From a virus (taxonomy: Duplodnaviria; Caudoviricetes), in IMG/VR virus record IMGVR_UViG_3300042937_000528, positions 3,706 to 67,705 of that record: DNA of 64,000 nucleotides; one strand, given 5' to 3'. The number at the start of each line of letters is the position of its first letter. Position 1 is the stretch's first letter. Below the pieces are notes generated by a model, which had not been told where the DNA came from, made no database searches, and worked only from the letters and a program-made list of their open reading frames with translations. The position numbers and the translations under genes are program-made. Shown piece by piece: positions 30,101-38,286 of this stretch.

Positions 30101-33100
30101 GAACTCCACCAACAGGAACTTTAGCCGCCTTTAACCAATTTTATAAAGACAGACGTTTAAATAATAGTTTCTTAGTAACTGAAGGACCAATAAATTACCA
30201 AGCCAAAACTGGAAACGTTGATGCCTTACAAACAACATCAATGTTGAATACCCCCTTCTTTATTAATGCCTTACAAGATGGTATTAATAAAGATAGAAAC
30301 AATACAAATACAACACCATATGTTTTACCAGCATATTTGTTTTTAAATTCATTACCACTTGCTACATTAAGAGAGAAATATAAAAACATTACAACAGAAG
30401 ATTCTACACCTTTAGATTATATATTTACTACTTTAACAAAATTTGGTGGTGTACATAAATTACCATATTCTTGGATTATAAAATATGGTTCTATTTGGCA
30501 CCGTTACAAAACATATGTTGAAACAAATGTAGATATTTTGGATTCTGTTTGGAAAAATGTGAATGTTGCAAATCTTTATGACCCCGATGGTTCATCATTA
30601 CAGAAACAATATACATTTACATCAATTAATGAAAATTATAATATTGTTGCTCAAGATACCATATCACAACCATCACTAACTTTAAAACAAGTACAAATGA
30701 ATCTTGGATTTTATCCAAAGATGATTAATGACACATATTTTTTAGTTACTGGTCAAGAACTGTTAACGGGATATACAGATACAGATATACAAACCGCAAT
30801 TAATCAAGGATTAGTTGTGGGGGCTATACCAAATGCTCAAATATCAACACAAAACGGATATAGTTCAACACCAAATCAAGTGTTGAAGTTTAACAATTTT
30901 TTTACAACATTTGAAACACAAAACTCACCAAAATTCAATTCAAGCCAACAATATAAAACTTTGTTGATGCCAAGTTTTGGTACTACATATAACCAAGTTA
31001 TTGGTGAATGTTTTACGGAAACAATAACAGGATTAACACAAACACAAGAAGTTCAAAATAACAAGGCGGTGTTTAATGGTTCTGTTAGAACATTTTGGGC
31101 GGCACCAAATTTTGGATACTTTGAATTATCAAGTATTACAAAACCAAGTCCAAATGAATACATGAAAGAAGTTTATCCAAATTTGGAAATACAGGATGTG
31201 GTTAAATTTGGCCAGACGTATTCTAAGATTGATGATGTTTTTGGAACGTTTAAAACAGAAATTTTAGATTCGTTTGAAATTGAATTTTTAAATTTCTGTA
31301 AATCGTTTACGGATTTAACATCTGAAGATTTGGCAAACTCAAGTTATGCCAATAGAAACTTTCAAGGATTGATGTCACAAATGTTGTTAGTTCCAACAGT
31401 TACATTAACAGATACTCCGGACAAATATGTTGTTGATTGTGGAAATGCTCAATTAACACAAGCCAATACGGTAATACAATCTTTTGTGAATTATGATATT
31501 GTTTTTAAATACGGAAATCCAAGTAATTTTAATAGACGTGTCTTTGGTACATTTACAACTTTGAATACTACAAACTATAATAAAGTTGTTGACCCTTATC
31601 CATATAACGCATATGTTCAAAACAGTGTTCCTGTTACAAACGGAGCTGTAACACAAATAACCTTAGCACAGTCAAAAGCGGCATATCCAAACGCTTGGAT
31701 TGCTATGGAAACGTATATTGGATTTGCAACAACAACAGGATTAACATACTCAAATTCAGGAAGTTATTATACTGACTTTTTCCCAACATTAAACGTAGAG
31801 TTTACTGAAGGAAATGTTAAAAACTTTGCACCACTTATCAAAATTTTTGGAACTCAAAAATCATTAAATAATGGTGTATATACAAGGGCGGATTTTACAA
31901 CGGCAATAAATGATTTTTATACAAATAATGATGAGTATCTGAATTATGTTTTGGGTCAATTAATGTTTACGTTACAAAAAGAATTACCTGATTATACACA
32001 GACAACTGAAAAACCAATATTATCTGCAATTGACGGTATGCAACCCAAAATAGAACTTTGGGAAACATTTAAATCTTTTAACGACAAGTGGATTGCTGGA
32101 AGTGAATTTAAAGATAGAACATTATATCAAGATGTTATGTTTTTAGATAGGGCGAATAGAGATATTGGAGATAAAGTATTAGTTGATGTTTTTAAATTAA
32201 AAGATTTCTTTTCAGGAACCACATCACTTGATGCAAGAATTATTGATTTTGTAAGTAGGATTATTGCTGACAACCAATTCCAAATGATGCCATTACCGGC
32301 ATATATGAATTTTTGGGGGGCGGGAGAAATTACTCAAGGAAATGCACCTAGACCTGAAAAATCTAATGATTTGGCAAACTCGTTATTTGGTACTTTTTTA
32401 GATGTTGATTACCGAGAGTCACAACCAAAATTTGTATGTTATTATGCAGGAAAACCAAGTGAGCATTTAGATATGAGAGAAAATGCCGATTACAGATGGA
32501 GAACGGATGCGTTTGATTTATCAAGAGCTTCAGATAACCCATTAGTTTCAGAACAAAAAAGTACAAAAACAGATTGGGCACAATCAAATAAAGTTGTTGG
32601 ATTTAATGTTGATTTTGGAATTAGAAACCAAAGTGTCTTTTATAGTATTCAACTTGACCAAAATAATGCTGCGGCAACAACAGAAGCTAACCGAGTTATC
32701 ACTGACATGGGTAACCAAGCTGGTGGTAGAAGAACAAACACTCAAAACGTTAGTTTGTATAATTTATATAAAAATAGAAGTTATGAGTGTAGGGTGGAGT
32801 CAATGGGAAATGCGATGATTCAACCTACAATGTATTTTAACTTAAGAAATGTACCAATGTTTAGAGGACCATATATGATTCAATCTGTTGAACATACAAT
32901 TAGTGCTGGAGACTTTAAAACATTTTTTAGTGGTGTTAGGATGCCAATTTATTCATTACCATTAATAACAAAACAATTAGTTTCAATTAATGCTAATTTA
33001 TTGGGACAATTAGTTCAGATATTAAAAAGACAAAAAGAAACTGAAGTCGCTTCAACACAACCAACAATAAATGTTATTACTATTGGTAATGGTATTCAGA

Positions 33101-33798
33101 CTAATGTTGTGTATTCTTCAGCATTTCCATCACAATGTCAAGCAGATATGTTATCAACAAATCCTAAATATCAAAACTTTCTTGGAATTGAAAATACACA
33201 ACAATCAATATCATTTGCTGATTTAGCAAAAATAATTAGAGATAATACTACTTTAGGTCCAGCAAGAGCTATGATTTTATATACTGCGTATGTCAATGGT
33301 CACGATGACAATTCTGTATATACATACAATTATGATTTAGGTAACACACTATTAGGTGGTGGTAGTTTCCCACAACAAATTAGTTATGGTGGAAGAGAAA
33401 AATATTTCCAAAAACAATTTGGTTGTAAAGTTAATCAAAATGGGTATGGACAACCAACTGCGGTATTTACAACAACTACATCTGGTGAATCATTTACAAA
33501 TTCAGTTAAATTTATTAATGACTATTACGTTAATGAACAAGTTTTATCTAAAAGTTTGTTATTTGCACCATTAGTAACAACTGGAAATACCGGTTCATTA
33601 GTTTGGAATACAAAAAAAGATTACATTGATAATATGATATCAATATGGACTAAATATTGGCCACAAAATAGATTTCAAACAGATGAACAATGGAATAAAT
33701 GGGTTGATTCAAATAAAAACATGTACGACACTTTTAAAAAGGAGGCTGAAAATGTGGTTGAATTATTAGCCAAATATAAACTTGTTAATTTTAAATGA
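27103..33798 (+). CDS. Very large baseplate hub protein (gp27/gpD-like elements)
   Basis: LGIESI...VEIVLIDVQG near the N-terminus; SYECRVESMGNAMIQP...GPYMIQSVEHTI near the C-terminus; follows the LysM gene. Confidence 0.6.
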   Translation: MADNFGTTDNIYIESDYDNIFLIDPNKVENSLGQPMDRPIHHEDLVMYANLEAKMLPRTKLAVGSALTDAVQTTPIASINFLRPGGKTTLNNNYLNEITGLNTVDGKGTNQPSKTNVQQQNKSDDFYIKQNTINSEDTGLLGIESIRVKNTRSLTPTVEIVLIDVQGRALFEKGENSEYACFFNLPYPTFYLTLKGFYGKAIRYQLILTNFSAAFEGNTGNYRINLKFYSYKYTILAETQVGALFAVPFMYTTDYRINNTAPNSPGVNAAQVSNGNPDVTTSSVRVTKGGQTIRDVYKRYKALGLISPNLPELSFPELKARLEALEKNLQQSFGQTDFTPLSDCDTYFKLLTSLRDNVLSPNDDTSWFKKYIDQEKIFVLKPSAVGGKNGVLTYIYNNNTRASLQLQVNAYSQLKQLVDGYKVDLAKNKTLSDPGTFTIDGKKQTSKVTKINNLNIQPTIVPSAIQPPYVATGFSVGEIRGLLSSNRVVNNLVNSSSDLVGSDSVRKSLTDFNIDWAETFKIRYKREALSPEEINELAIKESIFFQPFPDNTDGTSIPPTYNFVFDGPGNFSDIIDKTFEDLSGQKEKIVLALNEFLSKKIEGNDGLGFKPTMRNIMAMIFASVEAFYRLMDDVHSQAWSQRLNPIRKNAVFDNTKSSVSTDSKNLVQQTDQNALKDIPVYPWPQYFVETNNADGERFELRYPGDPSEISRTRGNNYEVWPEVQFVEEYMKGLAQRASIDLGPNGSNNEANVISRITVNGIEFPTTNIPYSDYDSVKFIYEIYERVLLASYWDRLSTSGAKQLSIYNTLSDLEVSNIRTALNSTSPSLTKILKNFALTPQNFPLILRSISNDGTGSSWQQFIRGEFTSEYLRTITENDYAILNDSFIKSKPTTNKNVQSLTNLSNYIKSTSSTQTNIMDVYPFVITDWQNENLAGVKTSKGNVFDTTKSLFLNDTQRYITNYESADSLNNNRPFVNNCFLQTLSTPKPILSVGGSGNITGTPPTGTLAAFNQFYKDRRLNNSFLVTEGPINYQAKTGNVDALQTTSMLNTPFFINALQDGINKDRNNTNTTPYVLPAYLFLNSLPLATLREKYKNITTEDSTPLDYIFTTLTKFGGVHKLPYSWIIKYGSIWHRYKTYVETNVDILDSVWKNVNVANLYDPDGSSLQKQYTFTSINENYNIVAQDTISQPSLTLKQVQMNLGFYPKMINDTYFLVTGQELLTGYTDTDIQTAINQGLVVGAIPNAQISTQNGYSSTPNQVLKFNNFFTTFETQNSPKFNSSQQYKTLLMPSFGTTYNQVIGECFTETITGLTQTQEVQNNKAVFNGSVRTFWAAPNFGYFELSSITKPSPNEYMKEVYPNLEIQDVVKFGQTYSKIDDVFGTFKTEILDSFEIEFLNFCKSFTDLTSEDLANSSYANRNFQGLMSQMLLVPTVTLTDTPDKYVVDCGNAQLTQANTVIQSFVNYDIVFKYGNPSNFNRRVFGTFTTLNTTNYNKVVDPYPYNAYVQNSVPVTNGAVTQITLAQSKAAYPNAWIAMETYIGFATTTGLTYSNSGSYYTDFFPTLNVEFTEGNVKNFAPLIKIFGTQKSLNNGVYTRADFTTAINDFYTNNDEYLNYVLGQLMFTLQKELPDYTQTTEKPILSAIDGMQPKIELWETFKSFNDKWIAGSEFKDRTLYQDVMFLDRANRDIGDKVLVDVFKLKDFFSGTTSLDARIIDFVSRIIADNQFQMMPLPAYMNFWGAGEITQGNAPRPEKSNDLANSLFGTFLDVDYRESQPKFVCYYAGKPSEHLDMRENADYRWRTDAFDLSRASDNPLVSEQKSTKTDWAQSNKVVGFNVDFGIRNQSVFYSIQLDQNNAAATTEANRVITDMGNQAGGRRTNTQNVSLYNLYKNRSYECRVESMGNAMIQPTMYFNLRNVPMFRGPYMIQSVEHTISAGDFKTFFSGVRMPIYSLPLITKQLVSINANLLGQLVQILKRQKETEVASTQPTINVITIGNGIQTNVVYSSAFPSQCQADMLSTNPKYQNFLGIENTQQSISFADLAKIIRDNTTLGPARAMILYTAYVNGHDDNSVYTYNYDLGNTLLGGGSFPQQISYGGREKYFQKQFGCKVNQNGYGQPTAVFTTTTSGESFTNSVKFINDYYVNEQVLSKSLLFAPLVTTGNTGSLVWNTKKDYIDNMISIWTKYWPQNRFQTDEQWNKWVDSNKNMYDTFKKEAENVVELLAKYKLVNFK

Positions 33799-33805
33799 TA
33801 TTTAT
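33799..33805 (+). promoter_or_regulatory. TATTTAT motif
   Basis: 15 nt before ATG 33821. Confidence 0.5.
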
Positions 33806-33820
33806 TAAGAAACTATAGTT

Positions 33821-34045
33821 ATGAATATTAAACAACATTTAGACAATTATCTTGGTAAAAACACAAGATACACAGAAAAAAATGCCGGAAATGGATTTAC
33901 CGAAGTATGTGATTTAGATACTGGTAATTGCTATACAGTTAGAGACAGAGATGGTCTTATTGAAAGAGTTGATAACACAATAAGAACAAATAAAAGAGTT
34001 CAAGTTGAAACACCACAAGGTGTTAAACAATTATTAAATGGTTAA
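33821..34045 (+). CDS. Hypothetical protein
   Basis: 74 aa, VCDLDTGNCY; has its own TATTTAT motif. Confidence 0.6.
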   Translation: MNIKQHLDNYLGKNTRYTEKNAGNGFTEVCDLDTGNCYTVRDRDGLIERVDNTIRTNKRVQVETPQGVKQLLNG

Positions 34046-34049
34046 GAAA

Positions 34050-34724
34050 ATGGCGATTGATAAAAAAATTATTGAAGAAATTAAAAGACACAATTCTATT
34101 AATAAGTATATTGTAGAACAAGATGCTTTGGGTGATTTACCCACACCACCTGCGGACCCGGCAGCACCTGTTGACCCAGCAGCGGCTCCTGCGGCAGCAC
34201 CTGGTGGAGACCCAACATTATCGGCACCACCAGCGGCTCCTGAAGTTATTGATACAACAACTGACACTGAAGTTGAAAAAATTGATGGTGATGGTAAAAG
34301 TGAAGAAAGTGAAAGTAGTTCTGAGGAATTGGATATTACTGATTTAGTTAATTCACAAAAGAATGTTGAAAGCAAACAACAAGAATATTTTGACATGATG
34401 TTCAAACAAATTGAAGGATTACAAACCAAGTTAAATGCTATGGATGATGTGTTTAACAAATTGAATTCAATGGAAGAAAAGATTGAACAGTACAGACCAA
34501 AAACAGCGCAAGAAAAATTAGAATTGAGAAGTCTTGATAGTGGACCATTCAACCAAAAACTTTCAAGTTTTTTTGATGACAAACAAGATGATATGCAAAA
34601 ATCAGGAAAGAATGAATATGTATTAACTTCAGATGAGGTTGAAGACATTGTACCTTCAGATATTAAAAAATCGTTTGATATGTATGGTGCAGAACCAACA
34701 GGAACATCTTTTAAAATGAATTGA
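34050..34724 (+). CDS. Hypothetical acidic, Pro/Ala-linker, coiled-coil protein (possible head scaffold/internal protein)
   Basis: IIEEIKRH...IVEQ, PAAP linker, coiled coil; alternative start at 34038. Confidence 0.6.
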   Translation: MAIDKKIIEEIKRHNSINKYIVEQDALGDLPTPPADPAAPVDPAAAPAAAPGGDPTLSAPPAAPEVIDTTTDTEVEKIDGDGKSEESESSSEELDITDLVNSQKNVESKQQEYFDMMFKQIEGLQTKLNAMDDVFNKLNSMEEKIEQYRPKTAQEKLELRSLDSGPFNQKLSSFFDDKQDDMQKSGKNEYVLTSDEVEDIVPSDIKKSFDMYGAEPTGTSFKMN

Positions 34725-34748
34725 TTTTTAATAACTTTTTACTATATT

Positions 34749-34776
34749 AAAGGGGTCACGTTGTGGCCCTTTTTTA
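34749..34776 (+). terminator. Intrinsic terminator
   Basis: AAGGGGTCAC-gtt-GTGGCCCTTT followed by a T run. Confidence 0.7.
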
Positions 34777-34790
34777 TTTGGCGAAACAAT

Positions 34791-34819
34791 TTGACGAACG
34801 GAAAAAAAACAACTATAAT
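34791..34819 (+). promoter_or_regulatory. Sigma70-type promoter TTGACG-N17-TATAAT heading the replication operon
   Basis: -35 at 34791-34796, -10 at 34814-34819; same -35 as the polB promoter. Confidence 0.75.
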
Positions 34820-34851
34820 TTATAAACAAACAATCTAATTAAACAAAAAAC

Positions 34852-35700
34852 ATGATGAGTTCACTTGACGCAGTACTTTCACAGTACGAAAAAAACACAC
34901 AGTCTTTCGGAGACTCTAACCGAATGTCCCAAGAGGAAAGAATGAAAAAGTATTTTGCTTGTATTCTTCCACAAGGGCAATCTCAAGGACAACGTAGAGT
35001 ACGTATCCTTCCTACACCCGATGGTTCTTCACCTTTCAAAGAGGTTTGGTACCATGAATTACAAGTGGGTGGTAAATGGCAAAAATTCTATGACCCAGGT
35101 AAAAATGACAATGAGCGTTCACCTTTGAATGAGGTTCACGATGAGTTGATGTCTACCGGCAAAGAGTCAGACAAAGAATTGGCTAAACAATACAAATCTC
35201 GTAAATTTTACATCGTAAAGGTTATTGACCGTGATGCTGAAGACGAAGGTGTAAAGTTTTGGCGTTTCAAACACAATTACAAGAATGATGGTATTCTTGA
35301 CAAAATTATTCCAATTTGGAGACAGAAAGGTGATGTAACTGATTCACAAAAAGGTAGAGACCTTATTGTACAGTTGGTTAAATCTAAAACTCCTGGTGGA
35401 AAAGATTACACAACAATCCAAACTATTATGCACGATGACCCAGCACCTCTTCACGAGACCGCTAAGGTTATGGAAGAGTGGTTGGCGGATGAGTTGACAT
35501 GGAATGATGTTTACTCTAAGAAACCTGTAGAATATTTGGAAGCAATCTCTCGTGGTGAAGAACCTCGTTGGGATAGTGAAACAGGTAAATACTTGTATAG
35601 TGATTCAGGAGATATGATGATGGGTGGTTCTAAATCAGCACCTGCGGCTCCTGCAGACCCACAATTATTTGACGAACCTGCTGAGGACTTACCGTTCTAA
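34852..35700 (+). CDS. ssb: Single-stranded DNA-binding protein, T4 gp32-like
   Basis: VRILP, FKEVWYH, FYIVKVIDR, GRDL, acidic tail EDLPF. Confidence 0.8.
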   Translation: MMSSLDAVLSQYEKNTQSFGDSNRMSQEERMKKYFACILPQGQSQGQRRVRILPTPDGSSPFKEVWYHELQVGGKWQKFYDPGKNDNERSPLNEVHDELMSTGKESDKELAKQYKSRKFYIVKVIDRDAEDEGVKFWRFKHNYKNDGILDKIIPIWRQKGDVTDSQKGRDLIVQLVKSKTPGGKDYTTIQTIMHDDPAPLHETAKVMEEWLADELTWNDVYSKKPVEYLEAISRGEEPRWDSETGKYLYSDSGDMMMGGSKSAPAAPADPQLFDEPAEDLPF

Positions 35701-35711
35701 TAAAACAAAAC

Positions 35712-35747
35712 ATCATGTATGGTATCTTGTATGGTACCATACATGAT
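35712..35747. repeat. Nested inverted/direct repeat between ssb and recA
   Basis: 13-bp inverted repeat ATCATGTATGGTA / TACCATACATGAT; includes the 16-bp palindrome TGTATGGTACCATACA (35728-35743). Confidence 0.8.
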
Positions 35748-35762
35748 TAATTTATAACACAC

Positions 35763-36773
35763 ATGGCAATCAAGAAAAACGATTTTAATTCAGTAAAGAA
35801 GAAATTCTCAACTTCGGCGAAGTATAAACCACAAAGATACTTTGACTTGGGTAAAGATTTCTTGGACGCTGTAGGACTACCAGGACCCGCCATAGGACAC
35901 TTGAACATGTTCTTGGGTCACTCTGATACAGGTAAGACAACGGGTCTCGTAAAAGCGGCCGTATCGGCTCAGAAACAAAATATTCTTCCCGTGTTCATTA
36001 TTACCGAACAGAAGTGGAGTTTTGAACACGCAAGACTTATGGGTTTTGATTGTGACGAAGTGGTTGACCCCGAAACAGGTGAGTTGGATTGGGATGGATT
36101 TTTTATTTTCAACAACAACTTTTCTTACATTGAACAAATTACGGATTATATTAATAGTTTGTTGGATGCTCAAGAAAAAGGTGAATTGGAATATGATTTA
36201 TTATTCCTTTGGGATTCTGTAGGTTCGGTTCCTTGTAAGATGACTTACGAAGGTAAAGGTGGTAAACAACACAACGCCGCGGTTCTTGCCGACAAAATTG
36301 GTATGGGTATCAACCAACGTATTTCAGGTTCTCGTAAATCTGATTCAAAATACGAAAACAGTTTAGTTATTGTTAACCAACCTTGGGTTGAACTTCCTGA
36401 CAATCCATTTGGACAACCAAAGATTAAAGCAAAAGGTGGTGAGGCGATTTGGTTAAACTCATCTTTGGTATTCTTGTTTGGTAATCAAAAAGGTGCGGGA
36501 ACAAACAAAATTTCTGCAACAAAAGACAAAAGAACTGTTAAGTTTGCAATCCGTACTAAAGTTTCTGTTATGAAAAACCACATCAATGGTTTGGGTTATG
36601 AGGATGGAAAAATCATCGTAACACCACACGGATTCTTGGCAGGAAAAGATGCTGCGGAAGAGAAAGTATCTATTGAACAATACAAGAAAGAAAACGCTGA
36701 GTATTGGAAAGAAATTATTGGGGCTGACGGAGATTTCAGCTTGTTTGAGGAAAAAGAAAGTGAAACAGTATAA
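35763..36773 (+). CDS. uvsX: RecA/UvsX recombinase
   Basis: Walker A GHSDTGKTT, Walker B FLWDSVG, VNQ, KGGEAI, KNH. Confidence 0.85.
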   Translation: MAIKKNDFNSVKKKFSTSAKYKPQRYFDLGKDFLDAVGLPGPAIGHLNMFLGHSDTGKTTGLVKAAVSAQKQNILPVFIITEQKWSFEHARLMGFDCDEVVDPETGELDWDGFFIFNNNFSYIEQITDYINSLLDAQEKGELEYDLLFLWDSVGSVPCKMTYEGKGGKQHNAAVLADKIGMGINQRISGSRKSDSKYENSLVIVNQPWVELPDNPFGQPKIKAKGGEAIWLNSSLVFLFGNQKGAGTNKISATKDKRTVKFAIRTKVSVMKNHINGLGYEDGKIIVTPHGFLAGKDAAEEKVSIEQYKKENAEYWKEIIGADGDFSLFEEKESETV

Positions 36774-36783
36774 ACAATAAATT

Positions 36784-37794
36784 GTGAAGACACTCTTAGT
36801 AGATGGTGATAACCTATTTAAAATCGGATTCCATGGGGTCAGAGACCTCTTCGTGGAAGGAAACCATATCGGGGGTGTCTTTCATTTTATCAATACCCTC
36901 AGAAAACAAATTGATGAACACAACTACGACAAAATTATTGTCTTTTGGGACGGTGACGACAACTCTGCCGTTAGACGTAAATTATATCCTAACTACAAGT
37001 TAAACCGTAGACAGAGTATGAACGAGTTTAAACTTGAGTCATACCATATCCAAAAAGAAAGAGTAAAAGAATACCTTGAAGAATGTTTTGTTCGTCAGGT
37101 AAGAGCAACTGAATGTGAGGCGGATGATTTAATAGCCTACTATTGTCAGATTGCGAAAGAAGAATCAAAAACAATATTATCGGCAGATAAAGATTACTTC
37201 CAACTGATTGATAAACATACATCAATCTACTCACCAATTTCCAAAGTCACATTTAAAAATGGTGATAAAGTTAAATTTGGTGATACTGAATTTCCACACT
37301 ATAACGTATTGACTCTTAAGATATTAACTGGTGATAAATCAGATAACATTAGTGGTATATTAAGGTTGGGTGAAAAGACCATTGTGAAATACTTTCCTGA
37401 GATACTTGATTCTATGGTAACTTTTAACCATATTTTAACAAAGGCTGAAGAACTTTTAGAACAAGACAAAAAAAACACAACTTTAAAAAATATTGTAAGT
37501 GGAAAAACAAAAGACGGAGAATTCGGAGAATCATTCTACCAAACAAACAAAAAAATCGTGGACTTACAAAATCCACTTATTTCTGACGAAGGTAGGGTAC
37601 TTGTTGAACAATATTATGCCGACACTTTAGACCCTGAAGGTAGGGGTTACAAAAATCTAATTCGTATGATGACAGAAGATGGATTCTTCAAATATCTCGG
37701 TAAGAGTGATGATGAATTTATAAAATTTATACGACCTTTGATGAAATTGACAAGAAAAGAAAAAAGACAACACAAACAACAAATAGAAAAATAA
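36784..37794 (+). CDS. 5'-3' exonuclease / T4 RNase H-like flap nuclease
   Basis: LLVDGDNL, WDG, YKLNR, EADD, SADKD, GDKSDNISGI; GTG start. Confidence 0.9.
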   Translation: MKTLLVDGDNLFKIGFHGVRDLFVEGNHIGGVFHFINTLRKQIDEHNYDKIIVFWDGDDNSAVRRKLYPNYKLNRRQSMNEFKLESYHIQKERVKEYLEECFVRQVRATECEADDLIAYYCQIAKEESKTILSADKDYFQLIDKHTSIYSPISKVTFKNGDKVKFGDTEFPHYNVLTLKILTGDKSDNISGILRLGEKTIVKYFPEILDSMVTFNHILTKAEELLEQDKKNTTLKNIVSGKTKDGEFGESFYQTNKKIVDLQNPLISDEGRVLVEQYYADTLDPEGRGYKNLIRMMTEDGFFKYLGKSDDEFIKFIRPLMKLTRKEKRQHKQQIEK

Positions 37795-37801
37795 AAAAAT
37801 T

Positions 37802-38251
37802 ATGAAAGAAACAGATGTAATTAAAATGGAGTTCTTGATTACCTTGAACAACAACATCGTAATCCAACGTTACTTTAACGTAAGAGATTACAATCCACAA
37901 GCTCGCAGTTCTATGGAATTGTATCAGTATTTAAAAGACTTTGTAGACGGGTTTGAGTACGGCCAAAAGATGCGTTCGGTTGTATACCTTTTGGAGAACA
38001 AAGACGAAATTTTGGAGAACCCAAGTATCTTGCAAACGTCAAATACTGAGGGTCCAGAAACATTTAACTTTTTAATAAAGGTAGGAGAACAGACAATTTG
38101 TCATAGAATTTTGGACGCTAAATTGTTCCCACCTAAAATAAGATACACCGTAGACATACGCCAGCAAGTAAAAAGTGTATTGAAGGACTTAACTGACATT
38201 TTTTCAGACGAAAAATTTGTTACAAGTTATATGACTTATAGCTTAATCTAA
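37802..38251 (+). CDS. Hypothetical protein in replication operon
   Basis: 149-aa ORF co-oriented between the exonuclease and helicase. Confidence 0.7.
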   Translation: MKETDVIKMEFLITLNNNIVIQRYFNVRDYNPQARSSMELYQYLKDFVDGFEYGQKMRSVVYLLENKDEILENPSILQTSNTEGPETFNFLIKVGEQTICHRILDAKLFPPKIRYTVDIRQQVKSVLKDLTDIFSDEKFVTSYMTYSLI

Positions 38252-38254
38252 TAG

Positions 38255-38261
38255 TATTTAT
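38255..38261 (+). promoter_or_regulatory. TATTTAT motif upstream of helicase
   Basis: Recurrent heptamer, 25 nt before ATG. Confidence 0.4.
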
Positions 38262-38286
38262 CAAAACTAACAAGGGAATTTTAATT

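Noticed and set aside
34034-34648. 204-aa antisense ORF and the many 60-130-aa overlapping ORFs in the track
   Set aside because: They lie inside better-supported genes and show no recognisable motifs.
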